From the NCBI RefSeq assembly GCF_030144855.1, contig NC_082717.1, positions 4,960,001 to 5,024,000 on the forward strand: DNA of 64,000 bases. The letters are read 5' to 3'. Positions 11,180 to 22,471 of this stretch are shown here, piece after piece. Under the pieces are notes generated by a model. It did no database searches, was not told the origin of the DNA, and worked only from the letters and a program-made list of their open reading frames with translations. The position numbers and the translations under genes are program-made. Source of the DNA: Hypanus sabinus. Lineage: Eukaryota. How positions within the stretch are numbered: the stretch's first letter is position 1; the number at the start of each line of letters is the position of its first letter.

Positions 11180-13560
11180 TTGATAGATGAGAGGTAATGA
11201 TAGAGGGATTCAAGGTAACAAAACCAAGAGATAGTCAGGGCCTGGTTAAGTGAAAAAAGGTGTGCAGCAAGTATAAACAGAAAGGAACAAATGAGGTACT
11301 TATAGAGAATAAAAAAATGCAGGAGAACACTTAAAAAAAGAAATCAGAAGTCCAAAAGAAGGCATGAGTTTTCCTTAAAAAAGATGAAGGAGAATACTAA
11401 GGGATTCCACAGATACGTTAAGAGCAAAAGGATTGCAAGTGACAAAATTGGTGCTCTGGAAGATCAGAATGTTAATTCATGTGTGGCGTGAAAAGAGGTG
11501 GGAGAGATCTTAAATGGATTTTTTGCATCAGTATTTATTGGGGGATAGACGTAGTTTATAGAACCTGAGGCAAAGCAGTGGTAAACTCAAAACAGATTAC
11601 AGAGAAGGAGGTGTTTGCTGTTTTGAGGTGAATTAGTGTGGATAAATCCCCAGGGCTTGACAAGATGCTTTCTCGGCCCCGGTCAGTGATAAGTGTAGAA
11701 ATTTCACAGGCCCTCACAGAGATACTTGAATCATTCTTAGGTACAGGTGAGGTACCGGAGGATTGCAGGATAGCTAAAGTTATTCCACTGTTTATGAAAG
11801 TCCCTAAAATTAAACCAGATGAGCCTGACATCATTAGTGGGAAAGTTATTAGAAGGGATTGTATATATGAGTATTTGGATAGACATGGACTGATTAAGGA
11901 TAGTCAGCATGGCTTTGTGCATGGTAGGTTGTGTTGAACCAATATTATAGCTTTTCGAGGATGTTACTAGGTAAGTTGAAGAAGGCAGGCCAGTGGATGT
12001 TATCTTCATGGACTTTAGCAAGATCTCTGACAAGGTCCTGCATGGAAGGTTGGTCAGCAACGTTCAGTCACTTGGCATTTAAGATGAGGTAATAAACTGG
12101 ATTTCACATTGGCTTTGTAAGAAAAGCCAGAAGTGTTCATAAGGTTGTTGCATCTCCAACTTGAGGCCTGTAGCTATAGGGGTGCCACAGGGATCATTTC
12201 TAGTTCGATTGTTATTTCTCATCTAAATCTGGCAGATGGCATTTAATGTGAATAAGTGTGAGGTTATCCACTTTGGGAGTAAGAACAGGAAGACAGATTA
12301 TTATCTGAATGGTGTAGAGTTGGGTAAGGGAGAAATACAAAGAGATCTAGGAGTCCTTGTTCATCAGTCACTGAAGGTGAATGAGCAAGTGCAGCAGGCA
12401 GTGAAGAAGGCTAATGGAATGTTGGCCTTTATTACAAAGGGAATTGAGTACAAGAGCAAGGAAATCCTCTTGCATTTGAACAGAGCCCTGGTGAGACCAC
12501 ACCTGGAGTATTGTGTACAGTTTTCATCTCCAGGGTTAAGGAAGGACATCCTGGCTGTAGAGGAAGTGCAGCGTAGATTCACGAGGTTAATTCCTGGGAT
12601 GTCTGGACTGTCTTACACAGAGAGGTTAGAGAGACTGGGCTTGTACATGCTGGAATTAAAGAGATTGAGAGGGGATCTGATTGAAACATATAAGATTATT
12701 AAGGGATTGGACAAGATAGAGGCAGGAAATATGTTCCAGATGCTGGGAGAGTCCAGTACCAGAGGGCATGGTTTGAGAATAAGGGGTAGGTCATTTAGGA
12801 CAGTTAAGGAAAAACTTCTTCTCCCAGAGAGTTGTGGGGTTCTGGAATGCACTGCCTCAGAAGGTAGTGGAGGCCAAATCTCTGGATGCTTTCAAGAAGG
12901 AGCTAGATAGGTATCTTATGGATAGGGGAATCAAGGGATATGGGGACAAGGCAGGAACAGGGTATTGATAGTAATTGATCAGCCATGATCTCAAAATGGC
13001 GGTGCAGGCTCAAAGGGCCGAATGGTCTACTTCTGCGTCTATTGTCTAAATCAATGATCAGGATGATAATGTGGTTAACTGGATCAGAAAATTTGTGGAT
13101 AACCCCAAGATTGGGGCTGTAATGGACAGTGAGGAAGACTAACAGAGCTGGCATCAATATCTGAACTGGCTGGAACATGGCAGATTGAATTTAATACAGA
13201 CAAATGCGAGGTGTTGCACTTCAGTAGGACTAACCAGGGTTGGTCTTACACTGTGAATGGTAGGGCACTTCAGAGGTCAATGAAACAAAGGGATCTGGAA
13301 ATACAAGTCCATAATTCATTGAAATTACTGGAACAGGTACATAGCATCATAAAGATTTTCTTTGCAGGAGTTGGGATGTTATGTTGAAGTTGTATAAGGC
13401 ATTAGTGAGGCCCAATTTTGTGAACCATGTGCAGCTTTTGACACCCATCTAAAGAAAGATGTAAATTAGGTTGAAATTGTACAACGAAAATGGCTATGAT
13501 CTGGGTGCAAGTCAATGCAACTAGGCAGTCAAATGATTCAGCAGAGACTAGATGGGCCAA
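11180..13560 (+). mobile_element. Degenerate CR1 RT region carrying a nested young CR1
   Basis: DKSPGLDKM and DSQHGFVHGRLC motifs; host resumes at about 13048 (aaatcaatgatcaggatgataatgtgg). Confidence 0.85.
12230..13047 (+). mobile_element. Young 5'-truncated CR1, related to the 9043 element
   Basis: Open ORF 12236-12910 (RALVRPHLEYCVQF) and ctattgtct tail. Confidence 0.95.
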
Positions 13561-13751
13561 AGAGTCTGTTTCTGTGTTGAACATATCTGTGACTCACTCA
13601 CCTTAAAGCCATCAGTGGGTTTTCCAACAATCCAGTGTTTGCATGGTTACCCACACTTACACATTTAAACACCAATGGACACAAAATGCTGGAGGCATGC
13701 TGCAGACCAGGCAGCATCTATGGAAAAGAGTACAGTTGACATTTTGGGCAC

Positions 13752-14198
13752 TTGCCTTCTTTACCACGGACTTATGACAGGGCACTGGAGCAGAGATCCA
13801 ATCACAGACCCAGTGCTGTGCACACAGTGATATTAATTGAGTAACAAATCCCAGGTTGCAAACAAAGTCAGCATCAAAGGTTAGGCGGAGATCAAATCAT
13901 CCAGAGAATTCCAAAAATCAGAATCAGGAAACAGGCAGAGTCATTATTCGGACAGACAGAGTTCAGATACGAATGCTGAAAAGCTCAGGAAAATTCACTG
14001 CCACAATCTGGCAACAAACAGGTGAAAACATAGGACTGAGATACACTGATCAATAAACAGAGAGGCAGATGATAGGTGGAGCACAATGAGACACAGGTGG
14101 CAGCAATGCAGGTAATAATGAGAAACAGGTGAGAGACAGAGAACTCAGTAATACAGGGGCCGGGACAAAGGGACAAAGTAGTGGTCCCAATACCGACA
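13752..14198 (-). mobile_element. LTR-like fragment
   Basis: Ends ...taccgaca (TGT on the minus strand) with fish Gypsy-LTR-like composition; the other end and TSD were not found. Confidence 0.35.
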
Positions 14199-14199
14199 C

Positions 14200-14975
14200 C
14201 TAAGAAATTCTACTAGTCACCATCAGACAACAAGAAAAGACCCCTTTTATTCTCAATCGCTTACCCCTGTCTGTCAGCCATTCCACTATCCATGCCAATA
14301 TCATTTTTGCCATGTCATAGGACTTTAAAATGTTAAGCAGCCTCATGTGCGGCACCTTATTGAATACCTTCTGAAAATCCAAGTAAATGACATCCACTGC
14401 CTCTCTACCCTACACGTTACTTCCTGGAAGAACTCAAACACATTTGTCAGGCAAAATTTCCCTTTACAGAAACAATGCTGACTTCGATTTAATTTCTCAA
14501 TTTTCTCCAAGTGCCCCGAAACCTCATCCTTAATAATAGACTCCAACACTGTCCCGGCCACTGAGGTTAGACTGATTGGCCTATAATTTACTTCTGTTTG
14601 TCTTTCTCGCTTCTTAAAAAGTGGTATGATCTTTACAGTGCTCTTGGACCATGCCAGAATCAAGTGATTCTTGAAAGATCATGACAATGCATCCATTATC
14701 CTTTCAGCAACCTCTCCCAGGACTCAGGGATATAGTCTATTTGTTCCAGGTGACTTATGTACCTTAAGACCTTTGAGCTTGCCTGGCACTTCTTCCTTTG
14801 CACTAGCAATGCCACTCACTCCTGCTCCCTGATACTCACGGACCTCTGGCACACTGCTAGTGTCTTTCACAGTGAAGACTGATGCAAAATATTCATGAAA
14901 GTCATCTGCCATTTCTTTTTCCCAGTTACTAACTCATCAGCATAATTTTCCGGTGGTACAATATCAATAGTCCTC
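14200..14975 (-). mobile_element. CR1 RT fragment
   Basis: Minus-strand NYRPISLTSVAG, SQHCFCKGKFCLTN, DVIYLDFQKVFNKVPH. Confidence 0.92.
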
Positions 14976-15303
14976 AATAGGTACATTTAATATCAGAGAA
15001 ATGTATACAATTTATATCCTGAAATTCTTTACCTTTGCAAATATATACAAAAACAGAGGAGTGCCACAAAAATAAATGACATTTAAACGTTAGAACCTCA
15101 ATTCCCCCAACTACCCCCTCCCACACATAAGGAGCAGAAAAGTGATGACCCCCTACCCCTCCCCTACCAACTAAAAGTATCTGAACCCTCAGCAAAGCAT
15201 CAATAAATACACAGACTTGTAGTACCCCAACAGGCTACTTGCTCACCTAGTAATTCGACATACCACCACACCTCTTTCTCACAAATAATGGAAAAAGAGA
15301 TAT

Positions 15304-15518
15304 TGTGGCGACCCATTTCCTGGCACATCCGAACCGACTCACAATTAGATAGCCTACGGGTGTTTGCGAGCACAGAGCTTTGGAGCCTCTGCGCCACGGG
15401 GGGCAGGTTGAGGGAGGCTTAAAAGTGAGGCTGAAGATTTCGAATAAAGTTTTTTCCTTCGACTGCAGTTACCGACTCCGTGTTGTAATTTTAGCGCTGC
15501 ATGTAGCACACCGCTACA
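15304..15518 (+). mobile_element. Short solo LTR (215 bp) with perfect 4-bp TSD ATAT
   Basis: TGTGG...CTACA ends, internal AATAAA, flanked by atat on both sides; related copy in reverse at 49970-50191. Confidence 0.85.
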
Positions 15519-15869
15519 ATATCCACATTTCACAGCGAGAGGGGAGACGTAACAACTCACTGATTTATGGTGTTAAAAGTCAGTTTCGTCGCTTTTCCTG
15601 AACTCCGTGCCCAAAGATCTCAGATTTTGACTCGTTACTTTCGAACTTCTGTGAACTCCCACGACACACCGGTTTTCGGCAGTGGCACTGACCTCGAATC
15701 AGCCCACCTCTGGAGCCGTGAAAATCTGACACCCTGAAGGCACACCCATCTTTCAGACTGTGTCTTTGCATATCGAAAAGCGGTTGGTCCTGAGGCCGTG
15801 AGAGCGGGTTACGTTCCCTCAGAGAACCAAAGTCAGCATGCAACTCCAGGTGAAGGTCTTCAAAAGAAA

Positions 15870-17310
15870 TCTGAGAAAGGAAAAAAAAGAGATATGAAAG
15901 ATAGAAATAGAACTGTTTCTGAAGATGCAAGCAAAGGAGTCGCCATTAGGTGCCATCGTCCTCAGCTCGGCCCACTGTTTACCAACATTTACCTCCCTTT
16001 TGCTCTTTATATAACTGAAAAAACATTTGCTATGCTGCTTTATATTGTAGGATAGATTGGTCTCAGATTTTATCTTTTCCCTTCTTATAGCTTTTTTCGT
16101 TACCTTTTTTTGGATTTTAAAAACTTCCCAATCATCCAACTTTCCTCTCACTTTTGCTATCTTATATGCCCTTTCGATTGCTTTTATGCAGTCCTTAATT
16201 TCCTTTGTCAGCCACCATTGCCAACCACAGTCATTTATGAACTTCTTTTTCTGAGGTACATATTTATACTCTTCATTGTGAACTATTCCCAGAAACTTCA
16301 GCCATCCCTGCTTTGCCATCATCCGGAACAGTATCCTCCTCTAATCCACGTGAATAAACTCCTCTCTCATGCCTCTGTAATTCCCTTTATTCCATTGTGA
16401 TACTGATACATGTGACTTCCGTTTCTCCCTCCAGATTACAGTATGAATTCAATCATATTATGATCACTGCCTCCTAAGGGTTCCTTTACATTCAGCTTCC
16501 CAATGAGATCTGGGTTATGACACAACACCCAACCTATGACAGCCTTTCCCCAAGCAGGCTCAAGCACAAGCTGCTCTAAAAAGCTGTCTTGTAGACATTC
16601 AACAAATTCCCTCTCTTGCGATCCAACATCCCAATTTTCCCAATCCTCTTGCATATTGAAGTTCCTCCATTACAACTGTGTCATTACCCTTATTACTTGC
16701 CTTTTCCAGCTCCCTTTGCAATCTCAACCCCATATCTTGCCTACTATTTGGATGGCCTATATATGATACCCATCACCGTTCTTTTTTATCTTTGCATTTT
16801 CTTAACTGCTCCCACAAAGATTCAACATTCTCTGACCCTGTGTCATCTCTTTCTGAAGATGTAATTCAATGTCTTACCATCAGAACCACACAACCATCTA
16901 TGTCTTCCAGCCTGAACTTTCAGTACAAAATGTATTCTTTGATGTTAAGCTCCCAACTATGGCCTTTTTTCAGCCACGACTCAGTGAAGCCCACAATGTG
17001 ATATTGACCAATCTTTAATTGTGCCAGCAGTTCATCCACCTTATTCTGAAGCAATGCACATTTAAATACAGTACGTTCCGTCCTGCATTCTTTGCCCTTT
17101 TTGAATTTTGCCTCTGTGGTACAATTTAACTCTTCGCTCTGTCTGCATTTGGACCAACTCATTGGCTTGTCCATCCTTGCATTCCGGTGACACCCATCAT
17201 CTACTTGTAAACCTGCTGGCTCATCCTCAGCTCTATCATCCTGGTTCCTAACCCCCTGCCATATTAGTTGAAACCACTCCTAACAGGTCTCTTAAACCTG
17301 TTCAAAAATA
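15870..17310 (-). mobile_element. CR1 endonuclease-region fragment
   Basis: Minus-strand IVGFTESWL, EPLGGSDHNMIEF, WLTKEIKDCIK. Confidence 0.9.
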
Positions 17311-17589
17311 TTGGTGTCCCCCCCAAATGAATTCAAGTGCAACCCGCCCCTTTTGTACATGTCCCACCTGCCCCAGAAAAGGTCCCAATTATCTGGAAAT
17401 CTGAATCCCTTGCAGAAAATCCTGCCAATTCTGGACAATGTTCCTCACTCTCTGCATGCCACTTTAACTGAACAGAAGAGCACATTTAGTAATAGACTCA
17501 GACAACTACGCTTCTCCAAAGTACGCTATACAAGGTCATGCTTACCCTCAGCCATTAGGCTCTATAATGATTCATTGTAAGACCAGGAA

Positions 17590-20280
17590 ACAATGAGCTT
17601 CTCACAAACAAGAGAAAATCTACTGATGCTGAAACCCAAGCGACACACACAAAATGCTGGAGAGACTCAGCAGGCCAGGCAGCATCAAGGGAAAAGAGTA
17701 CAGTCAACGTTTCGGGCCAAGACCTTTCGGCAGGACTGCAGAAAAGAAGCTGAGCAGTTGATTTGAAAGATAGGGGAAGAAAGAGAGAAACACAAGGTGA
17801 TAGGTGGAACCTGAAGGGGGAGGCATGAAGTAAAGAGCTGGGAGGTTGACTGGTGAAAGAGATAGCAGAGTAGTGAAGTGGGAGTCTGACAGAAGAGAAC
17901 AGAAGGCCACAGAAAATAGAAAAAGTGGGAAAAACTCCAGAGGGAGGCAATGGGCAGCAAAGGAGATCTAGTGAGAGAGGGAAAAGGTGTGGAGGGTCAT
18001 TACCGGAAGTTTGAGAAATTGATGTTCATGCCATCAGGTTGGGGGCTATCCAGATGGAACATAAGTGTGGCCTCATCACGACAGTGGAGGAGGCCATGGA
18101 TAGACATATAAGAATGGGAATGGGAAGTGGAATTTAAATGAGTGTCCTTTGGGAGATCCTGCTTGTTTTGGCAAACGAAGCATAGGGGCTTGTCAAAGCA
18201 GGCTCTCATCCTACATGGGGTCTCACTGATAAAAAAAAGAGACCACACTGGGAGCACCAGACATGGTATTTGGCCCCAACAGACTCACAGGTGAAGTAAC
18301 ACGCACAACACGCCGGAGGAACTCAGTAAGTTGGGCAGCATCCATGGAAACGAACAATGAACGATTCAGGCCAAGACCCTTTGTCCAGACTGAAGAGGTG
18401 GGGGGGGGCTATAAAGAAGGTGGGAAGGAGAAGGCTGGTAGGTGCCAGGTGAAAAGCCAGTAAGAAGAAAGATCAAGGAGTGGGAATTGATCATAGGTGA
18501 AGTGTTGCCTTACCTGGAGGGACTGTTTGGGGTCTTGAATGGCAGTGAGGGAGGAGGTGTAGGAGCAGGTGTAGCACTTGTTCCAGTTGCAAGGGTAAGT
18601 ACCAGGAGGGAGATCAGTGGGGAGGGACAAACGGACAAGGGAGTCGCATGGGGAGCGACCCTGTAGAAAGTGGGAGAGGGGGAGGGAAAGATAAGTTTGG
18701 TGTTGGGATCCCGTTGGAGATGGTGAAAGTTTCATAGAATTATGTGCTGGACGTGGAGGCTGGTGGGGTAGTAGTGAGGCTAAAAAAAACTCTATCCCTG
18801 ATAGGGTGGTGCGAGGATGGGCTGAGAGTAGACGTGAATGAAATTGAAGAGATGTGATTGAGGGCAGCTTTGATGCTGGAAGAAAGTAAGCCCCTTTCTT
18901 TGAAGAAGGAAGACATCTCCTTCATTCTGCAATGAAAGGCCTCATCCTGAGAGCAGATATGAGCAGAGATGAGGAAATTGAGAGAACGGGATGTCATTAT
19001 TACAAATAATAGGGTGGAACAAGGTAAAGTCCAGGTGGCTGTGAGAATCTATGGGTTTGTAATAGACATCAGTAGATAAGCTGTCTCCAGAGATAGAGAC
19101 AAAGAGATTGAGAAAGAGGAGGGAGGTGTTGTAAATGGATCAGATAAATTTGAGGGCGGGTTGGAAGATGGAGGCAAAGTGGATGAAGTTGACAAGTTCC
19201 ACATGGATGCAGAAAGCAGCATCAAGGTAGCCATCAATGTAGCATAGGAAAAGTGGAAGGGTGGACACCAGTGTAGGCTTGAAGCGTAGGCTGTTCCACA
19301 TACCCAACGAACAGGCAAGCATAGCTGGGAGCCATGCAAGTCACACACCTTCTGTTTGAAGGAAATGGGAGGAGCCAAAGGGGAAATTGAGGAGAGTGAG
19401 GAAGTTCTGCTGGTGGAGGAGAGAAACTGATTAGGTTTGGTGTCCAGAAAGAAACAAAGAGCTCTGAGGCGTTCCTGGTGGGGGATGGAGGTGTATAGGA
19501 ACTGGACACCAATAGCGAAAATAAGATGATGTTGCTCAGGAAACCTGAAGTTATTGAAAAGATCCAGAGCGTGTTAAGTGTCACATATGCAGATAGGAAG
19601 AGACTGAACTGGGGTGGGGTGGGGGGGGGGGATAAAACAGAGCTGAGGAATGCCAATATGAGTTGAATGGGGTAGGAATAAGCTGAAACAATGGGTTTAC
19701 CTGGAAAAGCGGGTTTGTGTATCTTTGGTAGGGGCGCGTGATTTATGAGGTTGATGATAGTGTGGGAGACAATGGCCTGGTGCTCCTTAGTGGGATCCTG
19801 TTTGAGGGGTAATTAAGAGGAGGTGTCTGAGAGTTAGCATTGGGCCTCAGAAAGGTAGATGTCAGTACACCAGACTACTACAGCACATCCCTTATCTGTG
19901 AGTTTTCTGGAGAGGTTGGGATTGGTGAGGAGCGAGTGGAGACCAAAGCATTCAGAAGGAGTGAGGTTGGAATTGGAGAGAGGAGGGTTGAAGCCTGGAT
20001 GTTTGGTGTCCCGTTGACGGTCGGCAATGAAAAGGTGCAGAGCAGGCAGAAGTCCAGTGCGGGGTATCCAGGAAGATGAGGATGGTTGAAGACAGGAGAA
20101 GGGATCATCCATGCGGGATGGAGAGTTCTTGCCAAAGGAAAAAATTCTCGGAGATGGAGGCAGTGGAAGAAGAGCTCAATGTCATGGCTGGTGCGGAACT
20201 GACTGGGTTATGGGAGCAGCGGGTCAAAGGTGAGGCTCTTACTGAGGACAGAATGCCCTGCCTCAGAGAGGGGAAAGATG
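17590..20280 (-). mobile_element. Penelope-like element (RT plus GIY-YIG endonuclease), degenerate, with a second terminal fragment nested at about 18263-18495
   Basis: Minus-strand MAPSYACLFVGYVEQ and LCYIDG (RT); GTYPCNWNKCYTC...QVRQHFT and SETPCR...GMNINFSNFR (GIY-YIG); hammerhead-type terminus at 17701-17738. Confidence 0.88.
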
Positions 20281-21583
20281 GTGACCCCTCCTGATAGACT
20301 ATGTGGTAACTTATTTTTTACTCCTTCTACTTCTCTTCAAATATTTATAACTGTGACCCTGTAATTTCAATTGAGATCAATTATGACTCTATCTATCTAT
20401 TTTATTGCAGCTGGATGTGGTGCAGGATAAGGCTGAGTGAGTCTTACAACCATCTCAGGACAGAGGATTACTGCAGAGGAACATTCTCTAGGAGACTGTT
20501 GGAATGAGAGGAATCTACTGGGACAGTGGGAGACCAGATTCTCCACCTGACAGGGTGAAGGTGCCATGGTTATGAGCTGTCTAGTCCATGACAGTTATCC
20601 ATTCAACAGAGCTTCTGGATTTTGATTTTAGGGGAACTGCAGGGTGCAGATTGCAAGAACTTCCTGTGAGGAAGGAAGAGAGTGGTTGACAAATGTGTAC
20701 AGGCATTACACAACAGGAGAGTAGAAGGTAGTTTGTGAGGCAGTAAATGCAGAGATGTGGTCAAGCAAGAGGAAAGCAAATGAGAACATAGTGACTCCAC
20801 ACGTTGGCTTGTGGTAAAATTATGAACTAGAAAGAAGGATGAAAGATATTTGCAGATATATTCTAAGGAACATACCAATTACTTTCTGCATGAGTCATGG
20901 ACTCACAGTAAAGCACTGGGTCAAAGCACTGGCCTTTTGGCCCATCTTGTACATCCTGAACATGTTGCCAATCTATAGAATCACATCTCCATGCATCCTA
21001 TCCCTCAGCATCTTTCCTGTCCAAATGTCTTAAATGTTGTAATTGTACCTACCCTGACCACATCCTGTGGCAGCTCGTTCAAGTTCAAGTTTATTGTCAT
21101 CTGACTGTTCAAGTATACAAACAAATGAAAAAACGTTCCTCTGGACTGTGGTTCCTCCACAAAACATATATCACACACAGCACATAAACCACAATATTAC
21201 CATCAAAATATCATTCAGAATGCATGTGGAGCACAGCACAGGTAAACAATAAACAGCTCACTGTCCTGGTGACGAGACCTCAGTGTTGACAGGGTATCCA
21301 TTAGTCTCACAGCCTGAGGGAAGAAGCTGTCACCCAGTCTGACAGTCCCAGTCCTGATGCTCCTGTACCTCCATCCTGATGGTAGTGGGTCAAAGAGATT
21401 GTGGGATGGGTGGTGGGGATCCTCAACAACGCTTTGGGCCCTTCATCTGCAACACTCCTGGTAAATATCTCAAATAGGGGGGATGGAAATCTCAATAATT
21501 CTTATCACCCTCTCAATGGAATACCTCAAAACTTCTTTGAATCTCCCCACTCAAGGGGTACCTGTAGAATTTAGATAAGGGTG

Positions 21584-22170
21584 CGTTTCTGTGGGTGTGT
21601 ACCTGTGTGTTTCTGTGGGTAAGTACCTGTGTGTTTCTGTGGGTGTGTACCTGTGTGTTTCTGTGGGTACGTACCTGTGTGTTTCTGTGGGTGTGTACCT
21701 GTGTGTTTCTGTGGGTGTGTACCTGTGTGTTTCTGTGGGTGTGTACCTATGTGTTTCTGTAGATGTGTACCTGTGTGTTTCTGTGGGTGTGTACCTGTGT
21801 GTTTCTGTAGATGTGTACCTGTGTGTTTCTGTGGGTGTGTACCTGTGTGTTTCTGTGGGTGTGTACCTATGTGTTTCTGTAGATGTGTACCTGTGTGTTT
21901 CTGTGGGTGTGTACCTGTGTGTTTCTGTGGGTGTGTACCTGTGTGTTTCTGTAGATGTGTACCTGTGTGTTTCTGTGAGTACATACCTGTATATTTCTGT
22001 GGGAATGTACCTGTGTGTTTCTGTGGGTGTGTACCTGTGTGTTTCTGTAGATGTGTACCTGTGTGTTTCTGTGGGTGTGTACCTGTGTGTTTCTGTGGTT
22101 ATGTAGCTGTGTTTCTCTGTGGATTTGTACCTGCGTGTTTTTGTGTGTGTGGACCTGCGTGTTTTTTCTG
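21584..22170 (+). repeat. 24-bp minisatellite array 1 (ctgtgggtgtgtacctgtgtgttt)n, upstream of the gene B promoter
   Basis: About 21 regular units degenerating at the 3' end; explains the TETHRYTP/VYLCVSVG pseudo-ORFs. Confidence 0.97.
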
Positions 22171-22239
22171 GTACATATCTGCTTGTGTCGTCCTGCAAAA
22201 CAAATTTAAAACACTGCTAGATACATCTCTCTGTGGCTA

Positions 22240-22419
22240 TGGCAGCTGGTATTAAAGCAATCTTCCTGGGATATAAGTCACTTAGCATAGGTAGTTAGAG
22301 GAACTCCCCCCTCTGCTTCCTCTTTCTGTGTCCAAAATAACAGCTGCAAGAAGGTGGCACGATGTTACAATAAGTTTCCTGCACATTCTATAAATTGGTG
22401 ATAGCACAACTCTGTTGAG
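22240..22419 (+). promoter_or_regulatory. Candidate promoter of gene B
   Basis: Unique DNA immediately 5' of the leader ATG: CAGCTG at 22243 and 22341, GAGGAA at 22298, CTTCCTC at about 22316, TATAAAT at 22389, TGATAG at 22399. Confidence 0.55.
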
Positions 22420-22471
22420 ATGAGCAGCAAAAGTCTTCCTGCAGTGACCCTTTTCCTGTGTGTTTCTGTGG
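22420..22471 (+). CDS. Gene B leader exon: MSSKSLPAVTLFLCVSV(G)
   Basis: ATG, hydrophobic core, perfect G|GTAAGT phase-1 donor; joins V1 to give ...VSVGVNA/GTVLIQSP, a plausible signal-peptide cleavage site. Confidence 0.82.

Noticed and set aside
13823-13852. RSS-like CACAGTG...ACAAATCCC (also a lone CACAGTG at 4409)
   Set aside because: Spacer is 14 nt rather than 12 or 23, the nonamer is 7/9, it lies in an LTR-like repeat and no V/D/J segment is adjacent; 4409 has no nonamer.
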